From contig NIVC01000070.1 in NCBI GenBank assembly GCA_002269645.1, positions 310,001 to 374,000 of the forward strand: a stretch of DNA of 64,000 bases, in the 5' to 3' direction. Positions 48,387-58,820 of the stretch are shown here, piece by piece. The stretch is from Macrostomum lignano. Lineage: Eukaryota. The translations under genes and the position numbers were made by a program. The first letter of the stretch is position 1. Every line of letters begins with the position of its first letter. Under the pieces are notes generated by a model. It saw nothing but the letters and a program-made list of their open reading frames with translations, did no database searches and was not told the origin of the DNA.

Positions 48387-48683
48387 ACGCATATCTATTT
48401 CTACGCAGTTTAATTTCATAAAATCGCTGATTGAGCATTCTGGGTAAGTTCTGTGGCTTGCGCCATCCTCTAAGGCAAGAAGTTTATGGCCTCAGCTATT
48501 CAATGGCTCCTTAAATTGATATCCTTAATTCTTAATTTGACCTCTTTAACAAGAGGAGTTATGTCTATGGCCAAGACTGTTTGCACAGCCAGAATACGAA
48601 AGTTCTTCCTTAAATTGAATTCATTAAATCTTAAACTTGATCTGGGACTTGGCAGCAATTCATTCAACTCTCCATTAGTTGAG

Positions 48684-49025
48684 TCACTTTGTCACCCCAC
48701 CAGACGAGGCTCGTTTAGCCATGATTTTAAACATCAGCCAAGGTGCCAGGCGCCTCAGCAGCGGTGCCGCCCGCAGATGCCAGGGCCCGAGCAGCAGCTC
48801 GGAGCTGTCTGACTCCAGAGCGTCCAGAACGGCCTCGGCGGCTGCCTCCGGTGTCATGCCGCTGGCCGTTGCAGAATCGGTTTTGGCGTAGGCGGCTCCG
48901 CTGGCGGTGAGCGCGTTGGCTGACAGGCCGGTCCGGATGTACGCGGGGCTCACCGTCAGCACTCGGTACACCCTGCCGGGCTTCTCGTGGCGGGACAGCT
49001 CCGCTCGGAGACCGTCATGGAAGGC
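48684..49025 (-). CDS. DHRS7B: DHRS7B-like exon 3
   Basis: [11 protein letters not shown]...[15 protein letters not shown]...[17 protein letters not shown]; AAG acceptor. Confidence 0.9.
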   Translation of the reverse strand, partial: AFHDGLRAELSRHEKPGRVYRVLTVSPAYIRTGLSANALTASGAAYAKTDSATASGMTPEAAAEAVLDALESDSSELLLGPWHLRAAPLLRRLAPWLMFKIMAKRASSGGVTK

Positions 49026-52000
49026 CTTCGTAGGAAGGGGGTTTTTGACTGTTGGGTTGGTGCGTGTGAAAACTGGGAGTGAAATTCCGGTGTAACATTA
49101 AGTGAGTGCTATATCGCAGGTGTGACATTGGGTGAGTGCTATATCAGGTGTGACATTAAGTGAGTGCTATATCAGGTGTGACATTGGGTGAGTGCTATAT
49201 CATGTGTGACATTAAGTGAGTGCTATATCAGGTGTGACATTGGGTGAGTGGTGTCAGGTGTGACAATGGTTGAGTACTATATCAGGTGTGACATTGGATG
49301 AGTGCTATATCAGGTGTGGCATTAAGTGAGTGCTATATCAGGTGTGACATTAAGTGAGTGCTATATCAGGTGTGACATTAAGTGAGAGCTATATCGCAGG
49401 TGTGACAGTGGGTGAGTGCTATATCAGGTGTGACATTAAGTGAGTGCTATATCGCAGGTGTGACAGTGGGTGAGTGCTATATCAGGTGTGACATTAAGTG
49501 AGTGCTATATCGCAGGTGTGACATTGGGTGAGTGCTATATCAGATGTGACATTAAGTGAGTGCTATATCAGGTGTGACATTGGGTGAGTGGTGTCAGGTG
49601 TGACAATGGTTGAGTGCTATATCAGGTGTGACATTGGATGAGTGCTATATCAGGTGTGGCATTAAGTGAGTGCTATATCAGGTGTGACATTAAGTGAGTG
49701 CTATATCAGGTGTGACATTAAGTGAGTGCTATATCGCAGGTGTGACATTGGGTGAGTGCTATATCAGGTGTGACATTAAGTGAGTGCTATATCAGGTGTG
49801 ACATTGGGTGAGTGCTATATCAGGTGTGGCATTAAGCGAGTGCTATATAAGGTGTGACATTGGGTGAGTGCTATATCAGGTGTGACATTGGGTGAGTGCT
49901 ATATCAGGTGTGACATTGGGTGAGTGCTATATCAGGTGTGACATTGGGTGAGTGCTATATCAGGTGTGGCATATGTGCGACGCGAGTTGTGAATAGGGTG
50001 TGAAATTAGGGTGCGCTTTCAATAGTGGCATTCAGTGTGACATTGTTTTGTGGCACGGATGCGAAAATTGCTGCTAGAAGTGACTATTTAAACTGCGTGC
50101 CCTAAGATACAACATTGAGTCTGACATAGGGTATTAGATCAAATATTAATTATCGATTAGATTATGAGATTAGCTGTGGGATCAGGTATGGGATTAGCTG
50201 TGGAATCAGGTATGAGATCAGGTATGGGATTAGATGTGGGATCAGTTGTGGGATTATGTGTGGGATTAGGTGTGGGATCAGGTATGGGATTAGCTGTGGG
50301 ATCAGGTGTGGGATTATGTGTGGAAATAGGTGTGGGATTAGGTGTGGGATTAGGTGTGGGATCAGGTATGGGATTAGGTGTGGAATCAGGTATGGAATCA
50401 CGTGTGAGATCAAGTAGGAGATGAGGTATGGGATTACGTGTGGGATCAGGTGTGGGATCAGGTGTGAGATAAGGTATGGGATTAGGTGTGGGATCAGGTG
50501 TGGAATTAGGTGTGGGATCAGGTATGGGATTAGGTGTGGAATCAGGTATGAGATCAGGTATGGGATTAGGTGTGGGATCAGGTGTGGGATTAGGTGTGGG
50601 ATCAGGTGTGGGATTAGGTGTGGGATTATTTGTGGGATTAGGTGTGGGATTAGGTGTGGGATCAGGTATGGGATTAGGTGTGGGATTAGGTGTGGGATCA
50701 GGTATGGGATTAGGTGTGGAATCAGGTATGAGATCAGGTATGGGATTAGGTGTGGGATTAGGTGTGGGATTAGGTGTGGGATTATGTGTGGGATTATGTG
50801 TGGGATTAGGAGTCGGATCAGGTATGGGATTAGGTGTGGGATTAGGTGTGGGATTAGATGTGGGATTATGTGTGGGATTAGAAGTGGGATTAGGTGTGGT
50901 ATCAGGTGTCGGATTAGGTGTGGGATTATGTGTGGGATTAGGAGTGGGATTAGGTGTGGGATTAGGTGTGGGATTAGGTGTGGGATTAGGAGTGGGATTA
51001 GGTATGGGATTATGTGTGGGATTATGTGTGGGATTAGGAGTGGGATTAGGTGAGGGATCAGGTGTGGGATTAGGTGTGGGAATATTTGTGGGATTAGGAG
51101 TGGGATAAGGTGTGGGATTAGGTGTGGGATTAGGTGTGGGATTAGGCATGGGATTAGGTGTGGGATTAGGAGTGGGATTAGGTGTGGGATCAGGTGTGGG
51201 ATTATGTGTGGGATTAGGTGTGGGATTAGGTGTGGGATTATGTGTGGGATTATGTGTGGGATTAGGAGTGGGATCAGGTATGGGATTAGGTGTGGGATTA
51301 GGTGTGGGATTATGTGTGGGATTAGAAGTGGGATTAGGTGTGGTATCAGGTGTGGGATTAGGTGTGGGATTATGTGTGGGATTAGGAGTGGGATTAGGTG
51401 TGGGATTAGGTGTGGGATTAGGTGTGGGATTAGGAGTGGGATTAGGTATGGGATTATGTGTGGGATTAGGAGTGGGATTAGGTGTGGGATCAGGTGTGGG
51501 ATTAGGTGTGGGATTATTTGTGGGATTAGGAGTGGGATTAGGTGTGGGATTAGGTGTGGGATTAGGTGTGGGATTAGGCATGGGATTAGGTGTGGGATTA
51601 GGAGTGGGATTAGGTGTGGGATCAGGTGTGGGATTATGTGTGGGATTAGGTGTGGGATTAGGTGTGGGATTAGGTGTGGGATTATGTGTGGGATTAGGAG
51701 TGGGATTAGGTATGGGATTAGGTGTGGGATTAGGTGTGGGATTAGGCATGGGATTAGGTGTGGGATTAGGAGTGGGATTAGGTGTGGGATTATGTGTGGG
51801 ATTAGGTGTGGGATTAGGTGTGGGATTAGGTGTGGGATTAGGTGTGGGATTATGTGTGGGATTAGGAGTGGGATTAGGTATCGGATTATGTGTGGGATTA
51901 GGAGTGGGATTAGGTATGGGATTAGGTGTGGGATTAGGAGCGGGATTAGGTGTGGGATCAGGTGTGGGATTAGGTGTGGGATTAGGTGTGGATTAGGTGT

Positions 52001-55000
52001 GGGATTAGGAGTTGGATTACGTGTAGGATTAGGTGTGGGATCAGGTGTGGGATTAGGTGTGGGATTAGGTGTGGGATTAGGTGTGGGATTAGGTGTGGGA
52101 TTATGTGTGGGATAAGGAGTGGGATTACGTGTAGGATTAGGTGTGGGATTAGGTGTGGGATCAGGTAAGGGATGAGGTGCCCAGTTAGTTGCAGGATTTG
52201 TGGCACACCTGAAACGCGTGCTTGGACGCAGCGTAGGCGGACCTGTACGGCTGGCTGACGAGGCCCTGCAGGCTGCTGATTCCGACCACAGTCAGACCGC
52301 AACCCGCCTCGATGGCTTTGCGGCACAAGGCCGTTGTCAAGGCAACGTGGCCGAAGTAGTTAACCTGGCGAGTTGGATTCAGTGGATTTTATAGATTTGA
52401 TTTTGAAAGGCGGTAAAGTAGATCAGGCATGCGGTAGAGTAGATCAGGCATGCGGTAGAGTAGACCAGGCATGCGGTAGAGTAGATCAGGCATGCGGTAG
52501 AGTAGATCAGGCATGCGGTAGAGTAGATCAAGCATGCGGTAGAGTAGAACAGGCATGCGGTAGAGTAGATCAGGCATGCGGTAGAGTAGATCAAGCATGC
52601 GGTAGAGTAGATCAGGCATGCGGTAGAGTAGATCAGGCATGCGGTAGAGTACATCAAGCATGCGGTAGAGTAGAACAGGCATGCGGTAGAGTAGATCAGG
52701 CATGCGGTAGACTAGATCAAGCATGCGGTAGAGTAGATTAGGCATGTGGTAGAGTAGATCAGGCATGCGGTAGAGTAGATCAGGCATGCGGTAGAGTAGA
52801 TAAAGAATGCGGTAGAGTAGATCAGGCATGCGGTAGAGTAGATCAGGCATGCGGTAGAGTAGATCAGGCATGCGGTACAGTAGATCAAGCATGCGGTAGA
52901 GTAGATCAAGCATGCGGTAGAGTAGATCAGGCATGCGGTAGAGTAGATCAGGCATGCGGTAGAGTAGATCAAGCATGCGGTAGAGTAGATCAGGCATGCG
53001 GTACAGTAGATCAAGCATGCGGTAGAGTAGATCAGGCATGCGGTAGAGTAGATCAGGCATGCGGTACAGTAGATCAAGCATGCGGTAGAGTAGATCAAGC
53101 ATGCGGTAGAGTAGATCAGGCATGCGGTAGAGTAGATCAGGCATGCGGTAGAGTAGATCAGGCATGCGGTAGAGTAGATCAGGCATGCGGTAGAGTAGAT
53201 CAGGCATGCGGTAGAGTAGATCAGGCATGCGGTAGAGTAGATCAGGCATGCGGTAGAGTAGATCAGGCATGCGGTAGAGTAGATCAGGCATGCGGTAGAG
53301 TAGATCAAGCATGCGGTAGAGTAGATCAGGCATGCGGTAGAGTAGATCAGGCATGCGGTAGAGTAGATCAGGCATGCGGTAGAGTAGATCAGGCATGCGG
53401 TAGAGTAGATCAAGCATGCGGTAGAGTAGATCAGGCATGCGGTAGAGTAGATCAGGCATGCGGTAGAGTAGATCAGGCATGCGGTAGAGTAGATCAGGCA
53501 TGCGGTAGAGTAGATCAGGCATGCGGTACAGTAGATCAAGCATGCGGTAGAGTAGATCAGGCATGCGGTAGAGTAGATCAGGCATGCGGTAGAGTAGATC
53601 AGGCATGCGGTAGAGTAGATCAAGCATGCGGTAGAGTAGATCAGGCATGCGGTAGAGTAGATCAGGCATGCGGTAGAGTAGATCAGGCATGCGGTAGAGT
53701 AGATCAGGCATGCGGTAGAGTAGATCAGGCATGCGGTAGAGTAGATCAAGCATGCGGTAGAGTAGATCAGGCATGCGGTAGAGTAGATCAGGCATGCGGT
53801 AGAGTAGATCAGGCATGCGGTAGACTAGATCAAGCATGCGGTAGAGTAGATTAGGCATGTGGTAGAGTAGATCAGGCATGCGGTAGAGTAGATCAGGCAT
53901 GCGGTAGAGTAGATAAAGAATGCGGTAGAGTAGATCAGGCATGCGGTAGACTAGATCAGGCATGCGGTAGAGTAGATCAGGCATGCGGTACAGTAGATCA
54001 AGCATGCGGTAGAGTAGATCAGGCATGCGGTAGAGTAGATCAGGCATGCGGTAGAGTAGATCAGGCATGCGGTAGAGTAGATAAAGAATGCGGTAGAGTA
54101 GATCAGGCATGCGGTAGACTAGATCAGGCATGCGGTAGAGTAGATCAGGCATGCGGTAGAGTAGATCAGGCATGCGGTAGAGTAGATCAGGCATGCGGTA
54201 GAGTAGATCAGGCATGCGGTAGAGTAGATCAGGCATGCGGTAGAGTAGATCAAGCATGCGGTAGAGTAGATCAGGCATGCGGTACAGTAGATCAAGCATG
54301 CGGTAGAGTAGATCAGGCATGCGGTAGAGTAGATCAGGCATGCGGTAGAGTAGATCAGGCATGCGGTAGAGTAGATCAGGCATGCGGTAGAGTAGATCAG
54401 GCATGCGGTAGAGTAGATCAGGCATGCGGTACAGTAGATCAAGCATGCGGTAGAGTAGATCAAGCATGCGGTACAGTAGATCAAGCATGCGGTAGAGTAG
54501 ATCAGGTATGCGGTAGAGTAGATCAGGCATGCGGTACAGTAGATCAAGCATGCGGTAGAGTAGATCAGGCATGCGGTAGAGTAGATCAGGCATGCGGTAC
54601 AGTAGATCAAGCATGCGGTAGAGTAGATCAGGCATGCGGTACAGTAGATCAAGCATGCGGTAGAGTAGATCAGGCATGCGGTAGAGTAGATCAGGCATGC
54701 GGTAGAGTAGATCAGGCATGCGGTAGAGTAGATCAGGCATGCGGTAGAGTAGATCAAGCATGCGGTAGAGTAGATCAAGCATGCGGTAGAGTAGATCAGG
54801 CATGCGGTAGAGTAGATCAGGCATGCGGTAGAGTAGATCAAGCATGCGGTAGAGTAGATCAGGCATGCGGTAGAGTAGATCAGGCATGCGGTAGAGTAGA
54901 TCAGGCATGCGGTAGAGTAGATCAAGCATGCGGTAGAGTAGATCAAGCATGCGGTAGAGTAGATCAGGCATGCGGTAGAGTAGATCAGGCATGCGGTAGA

Positions 55001-56532
55001 GTAGATCAGGCATGCGGTAGAGTAGATCAAGCATGCGGTAGAGTAGATCAGGCATGCGGTAGAGTAGATCAGGCATGCGGTACAGTAGATCAAGCATGCG
55101 GTAGAGTAGATCAGGCATGCGGTACAGTAGATCAAGCATGCGGTAGAGTAGATCAGGCATGCGGTAGAGTAGAGCAAGCATGCGGTAGAGTAGATCAGGC
55201 ATGCGGTACAGTAGATCAAGCATGCGGTAGAGTAGATCAAGCATGCGGTAGAGTAGATCAGGCATGCGGTAGAGTAGATCAGGCATGCGGTAGAGTAGAT
55301 CAGGCATGCGGTAGAGTAGATCAGGCATGCGGTAGAGTAGATCAAGCATGCGGTAGAGTAGATCAGGCATGCGGTAGAGTAGATCAGGCATGCGGTAGAG
55401 TAGATCAGGCATGCGGTAGAGTAGATCAGGCATGCGGTAGAGTAGATCAGGCATGCGGTAGAGTAGATCAGGCATGCGGTAGAGTAGATCAGGCATGCGG
55501 TAGAGTAGATCAGGCATGCGGTAGAGTAGATCAGGCATGCGGTAGAGTAGATCAGGCATGCGGTAGAGTAGATCAGGCATGCGGTAGAGTAGATCAGGCA
55601 TGCGGTAGAGTAGATCAGGCATGCGGTAGAGTAGATCAGGCATGCGGTAGAGTAGATCAGGCATGCGGTAGAGTAGATCAGGCATGCGGTAGAGTAGATA
55701 AAGAATGCGGTAGAGTAGATCAGGCATGCGGTAGAGTAGATCAGGCATGCGGTAGAGTAGATCAGGCATGCGGTAGAGTAGATCAGGCATGCGGTAGAGT
55801 AGATCAGGCATGCGGTAGAGTAGATCAGGCATGCGGTAGAGTAGATCAGGCATGCGGTAGAGTAGATCAGGCATGCAGTAGAGTAGATCAGGCATGCGGT
55901 AGAGTAGATCAGGCTTGCGGTAGAGTAGATCAGGCATGCGGTAGAGTAGATCAGGCATGCGGTAGAGTAGATAAAGAATGCGGTATAGTAGATCAGGCAT
56001 GCGGTAGAGTAGATCAGGCATGCGGTAGAGTAGATCAGGCATGCGGTAGAGTAGATCAGGCATGCGGTAGAGTAGAACTCACCTGCATCAGTCGCCTATG
56101 TACATCCATCTCGGTTTCCACGATCTCACCCCGGTAGCTCTGCCCAGCATTGTTGATCAGCAGGTCCAACCGGCCGCCAGCCGCAGCCCACACCCGGCTG
56201 GCCGCATCGCCAGAAAGTTCGCCGTCTGACGCGGCCAAGTCGAGCTGAACCACTGCGTGCCTGGCCGGTTCCGACAGTCGCTGCTGAGTAGCTTTCAGCT
56301 TGTCGACGTCACGACCGGCTAGAAGCAGGCGAGCTCCTTGGCGAGCGAAAGCCGCGGCCAAGGCTTCGCCCAGGCCCGAGGAGGCGCCCGTGACAAGCAC
56401 AGTTTTGCCCGACAGGATTCTCCTCAAGCCGGAACCGCGACGCCGGCGACTGGCGAGCCAGACGAGACCGACCGCGGCGGCGGCGGCTGGCCCAAGCAGC
56501 CAGCGAAGCAGCCACCAAGGCAAAGTTGCCAT
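48684..56532 (-). CDS. DHRS7B: Short-chain dehydrogenase/reductase family member 7B-like, 3 exons (56532-56083, 52364-52209, 49025-48684), 315 aa
   Basis: N-terminal hydrophobic anchor; TGASSGLG; [13 protein letters not shown]; [10 protein letters not shown]; ISSLQG; catalytic YAASK in [23 protein letters not shown]; [14 protein letters not shown]. All introns are phase 0 GT-AG. Confidence 0.92.
49096..49972. repeat. 28-30-bp minisatellite GTGAGTGCTATATCAGGTGTGACATTAA (about 31 copies), DHRS7B intron 2
   Basis: Seen directly. Confidence 0.97.
50160..52170. repeat. 12-bp minisatellite GGTGTGGGATTA (about 165 copies), DHRS7B intron 2
   Basis: Seen directly. Confidence 0.98.
52209..52364 (-). 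CDS. DHRS7B: DHRS7B-like exon 2 (catalytic YxxxK)
   Basis: [52 protein letters not shown]; CAG/GTGTGC borders. Confidence 0.93.
52412..56076. repeat. 21-bp minisatellite GTAGAGTAGATCAGGCATGCG (about 174 copies) filling DHRS7B intron 1
   Basis: Seen directly; highly homogeneous. Confidence 0.99.
56083..56532 (-). CDS. DHRS7B: DHRS7B-like exon 1 (membrane anchor plus Rossmann fold)
   Basis: MATLPWWLL...[17 protein letters not shown]...[28 protein letters not shown]; donor GTGAGT. Confidence 0.93.
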
Positions 56533-57054
56533 CGTTGCCGTTATTTTTAACTGGAATATTGTACACGTAGTTAATTGGTGAGTTAGTTGGCTATTTCCGT
56601 TTAGGCGCTGCCGAAAATAAAAAAGGCTCACAGCGGCCCGGACTGACTCATCAGCAGGCAGGCACTTTGGGAAAAACAAAATCCCGAGTTTTGACAATCC
56701 CGGGATTCTCGGGATCGGGATTTCCCGGACTTTGCGAATCCCGGGATTGAAAAAAGTTTCTAATCTTTGTGCAATTTTGGTTGTTGACAACGTTGTTTGT
56801 TGACAAGTTGACAAAAGTAGAGCAGAATAAAATATTTTGGTATCAAGAAGCTGACAGTGAGCTCTGATTGGAGTCTGATGTACGGGCTGGCGCAATAGAC
56901 GTGCTTCTTTACATGCCAGTATCAGCTCAGGAAAATCACACTTGTGATTTAACCTTGGGAATGATAGCTTAAATCAGAGCTATAGCCCGAGATACTGAGT
57001 GATACCTGGGTAGAAGGGGATCAGACGTCACCCTCCCAGGGGCACCCGCCCTAG

Positions 57055-57275
57055 ATGGAGAATTGGTAGCGTTGGTTGTGGTCCGATAGCAAGGTCCCAC
57101 TGTTCTAATCCCAACTACGGCCAAGGAGTTTTGAAGGTAGGGACTGCTTAAAGTAGTTCTACATTTACACCTTAATATACCCTTACGACTTGATAACAGC
57201 TTCTGTTTTGTATCCCTGCAGTCCTATAGCCTTCTACTCACTAGCCAGCATGCTTTAAATGATTAAGAAATCAAA
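57055..57275 (+). mobile_element. Possible degenerate tRNA-derived SINE of a second family
   Basis: Head resembles A/B boxes (GGAGAATTGGTAGCG...GTTCTAATCCC); only one copy in the window. Confidence 0.3.
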
Positions 57276-58240
57276 TTAGAACAACTGGCTTATGATTTTA
57301 ACCTGACAAGTAGCTCAGCTGCAGATACTACTCCTCGATAATTTAATCATTGAATTATTGCAAAGCGGGATCGGGATCTTACAAAACGTGTTGGATTATA
57401 TTCTCTAATTAAACGTATTAGATTCGATTCGATGTCATCAGGACCAATTCTTCAACGCACAGTGTGTAAACTGACTGTGAGAAAGTCAGGTAGATGTGCA
57501 CTGCCTCGCTAGCTGCGGTTCTTCATTAGAAAAGTCACAAGTGTGACATGTGACAATACTACAAGTAGATAGTGTGGTTTTTAGATTAGTAGCCCATTGT
57601 TAGAACGAAAGTCAAACAATTATACTGTTAATTTTCCGGGTGTTACTTTTTCGACGATTGATACAAGAAAAAGGACGATATTTAGAGTGTAATTAACACA
57701 GGTTGATACATTTCATGGCTTTGCAATAGGTAGCAAAACCTAGATTACAATTTATGCCTTTCTTGAATACACAATGTATTTATTAAAAATAAACTTTACT
57801 CAATGCTTTGTTATATTTAACTAGCAAAAAATAATCCAACGTTTGTTCCACAACCAAAAGTATTTTGAATAAAAGTATAATTGCGCCAGAATATATATTT
57901 CTTGTGGAGTTTTGCGAAGCATAATCCATTGCAGATACTCTATAGAAGCGAAAAGTTTAGTAAAAGTTTTACTCAATAAGTTAGTATAAGTAAAAATGTA
58001 CAAAATATTAGGTTTCTATTATAACTTTGAAAGGCTAGGAACAAGTAAACTTAAATATTAACCAGACCTCTTCAAACATTTTGACAGCCATTTTCTCATC
58101 ATGCAAATGGTTACCATGGTTCTGAACGGGGGGTCAACCCCCACGGCATGCACCGTGAAGTGTACATGCCTAACGATAAAAAAGTTAGGACCGGTGTACA
58201 CTCATGTGTGTGTGTGTGTGTGTGCCTGTGCTAATTGATT

Positions 58241-58523
58241 GATAATAATTGATTACATCTGTCCTAATGGGCAGATATGCAACCGAAAACTCAGCCGCAG
58301 TTATTGCGCGGCGTACCTGAAGGCTGCGTACGGCTGTTCAGTCCAAGGACTGGGGGGGGGTCGCCACACACCCTCAGTTACCCCAATTTTACAGGTGGGT
58401 GAACTGAATAATTCAGAGTCGAATGACTTGCTCAAGGACACAAAAATTTTCCGAGTCAAGTAGAGAATCGAACCCCCGTCCTTCAAGTCGTGAGTCCGAC
58501 GCTCTAACCACTAGGCTACAACC
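58241..58523 (-). mobile_element. tRNA-derived CORE-type SINE, copy 2 (full length)
   Basis: Minus-strand A box TAGCCTAGTGG and B box GGTTCGATTC, CORE-like segment, short ATT tail; homologous to 33561-33849. Confidence 0.85.
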
Positions 58524-58820
58524 CCCTCTGTGCGTATGACTGCGTACGTATCCGCGCGCTTGTGTGCCTGCTCAGGAGAGTCGGCGGAATGGGCAGCAAA
58601 GCCTCTTGCCGGCTGTGTGACAATGTCGCACACAGCCACCTGCCTTTAATAAAAAAATAGAAATAGATCTGGACATTTTTAAAAAGATGGACATTTTTAG
58701 AAATCAGCGGGAAGTGTTGTCAGTCATTGGTAGAACCAAATGTAGTTTAGGAGTGCAAGCAATCGATTAATAATACTTAAATAGCTAATCAACGTAACAC
58801 TGATTGTAACCAGAAACTCG

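Noticed and set aside
50157-52168. (PNPT)n, (GLGV)n and (CGIR)n ORFs
   Set aside because: Translations of the 12-bp intronic repeat; resemblance to circumsporozoite or extensin repeats is coincidental.
52389-56063. 1224-aa ORF (MPDLLYR)n and overlapping (IYSTACL)n ORFs
   Set aside because: Translation of a stop-free 21-bp repeat lying inside DHRS7B intron 1; the period divisible by 3 explains the length.
56533-56895. 121-aa N-terminal extension of the SDR ORF
   Set aside because: Starts at a non-ATG codon, crosses CGGGAT-rich transposon-like repeats (about 56690-56750), and SDR homology begins at ATG 56532.
58455-58523. Possible tRNA gene
   Set aside because: A and B boxes are present, but the sequence continues into a CORE/SINE body with a second copy at 33561; it is a SINE head.
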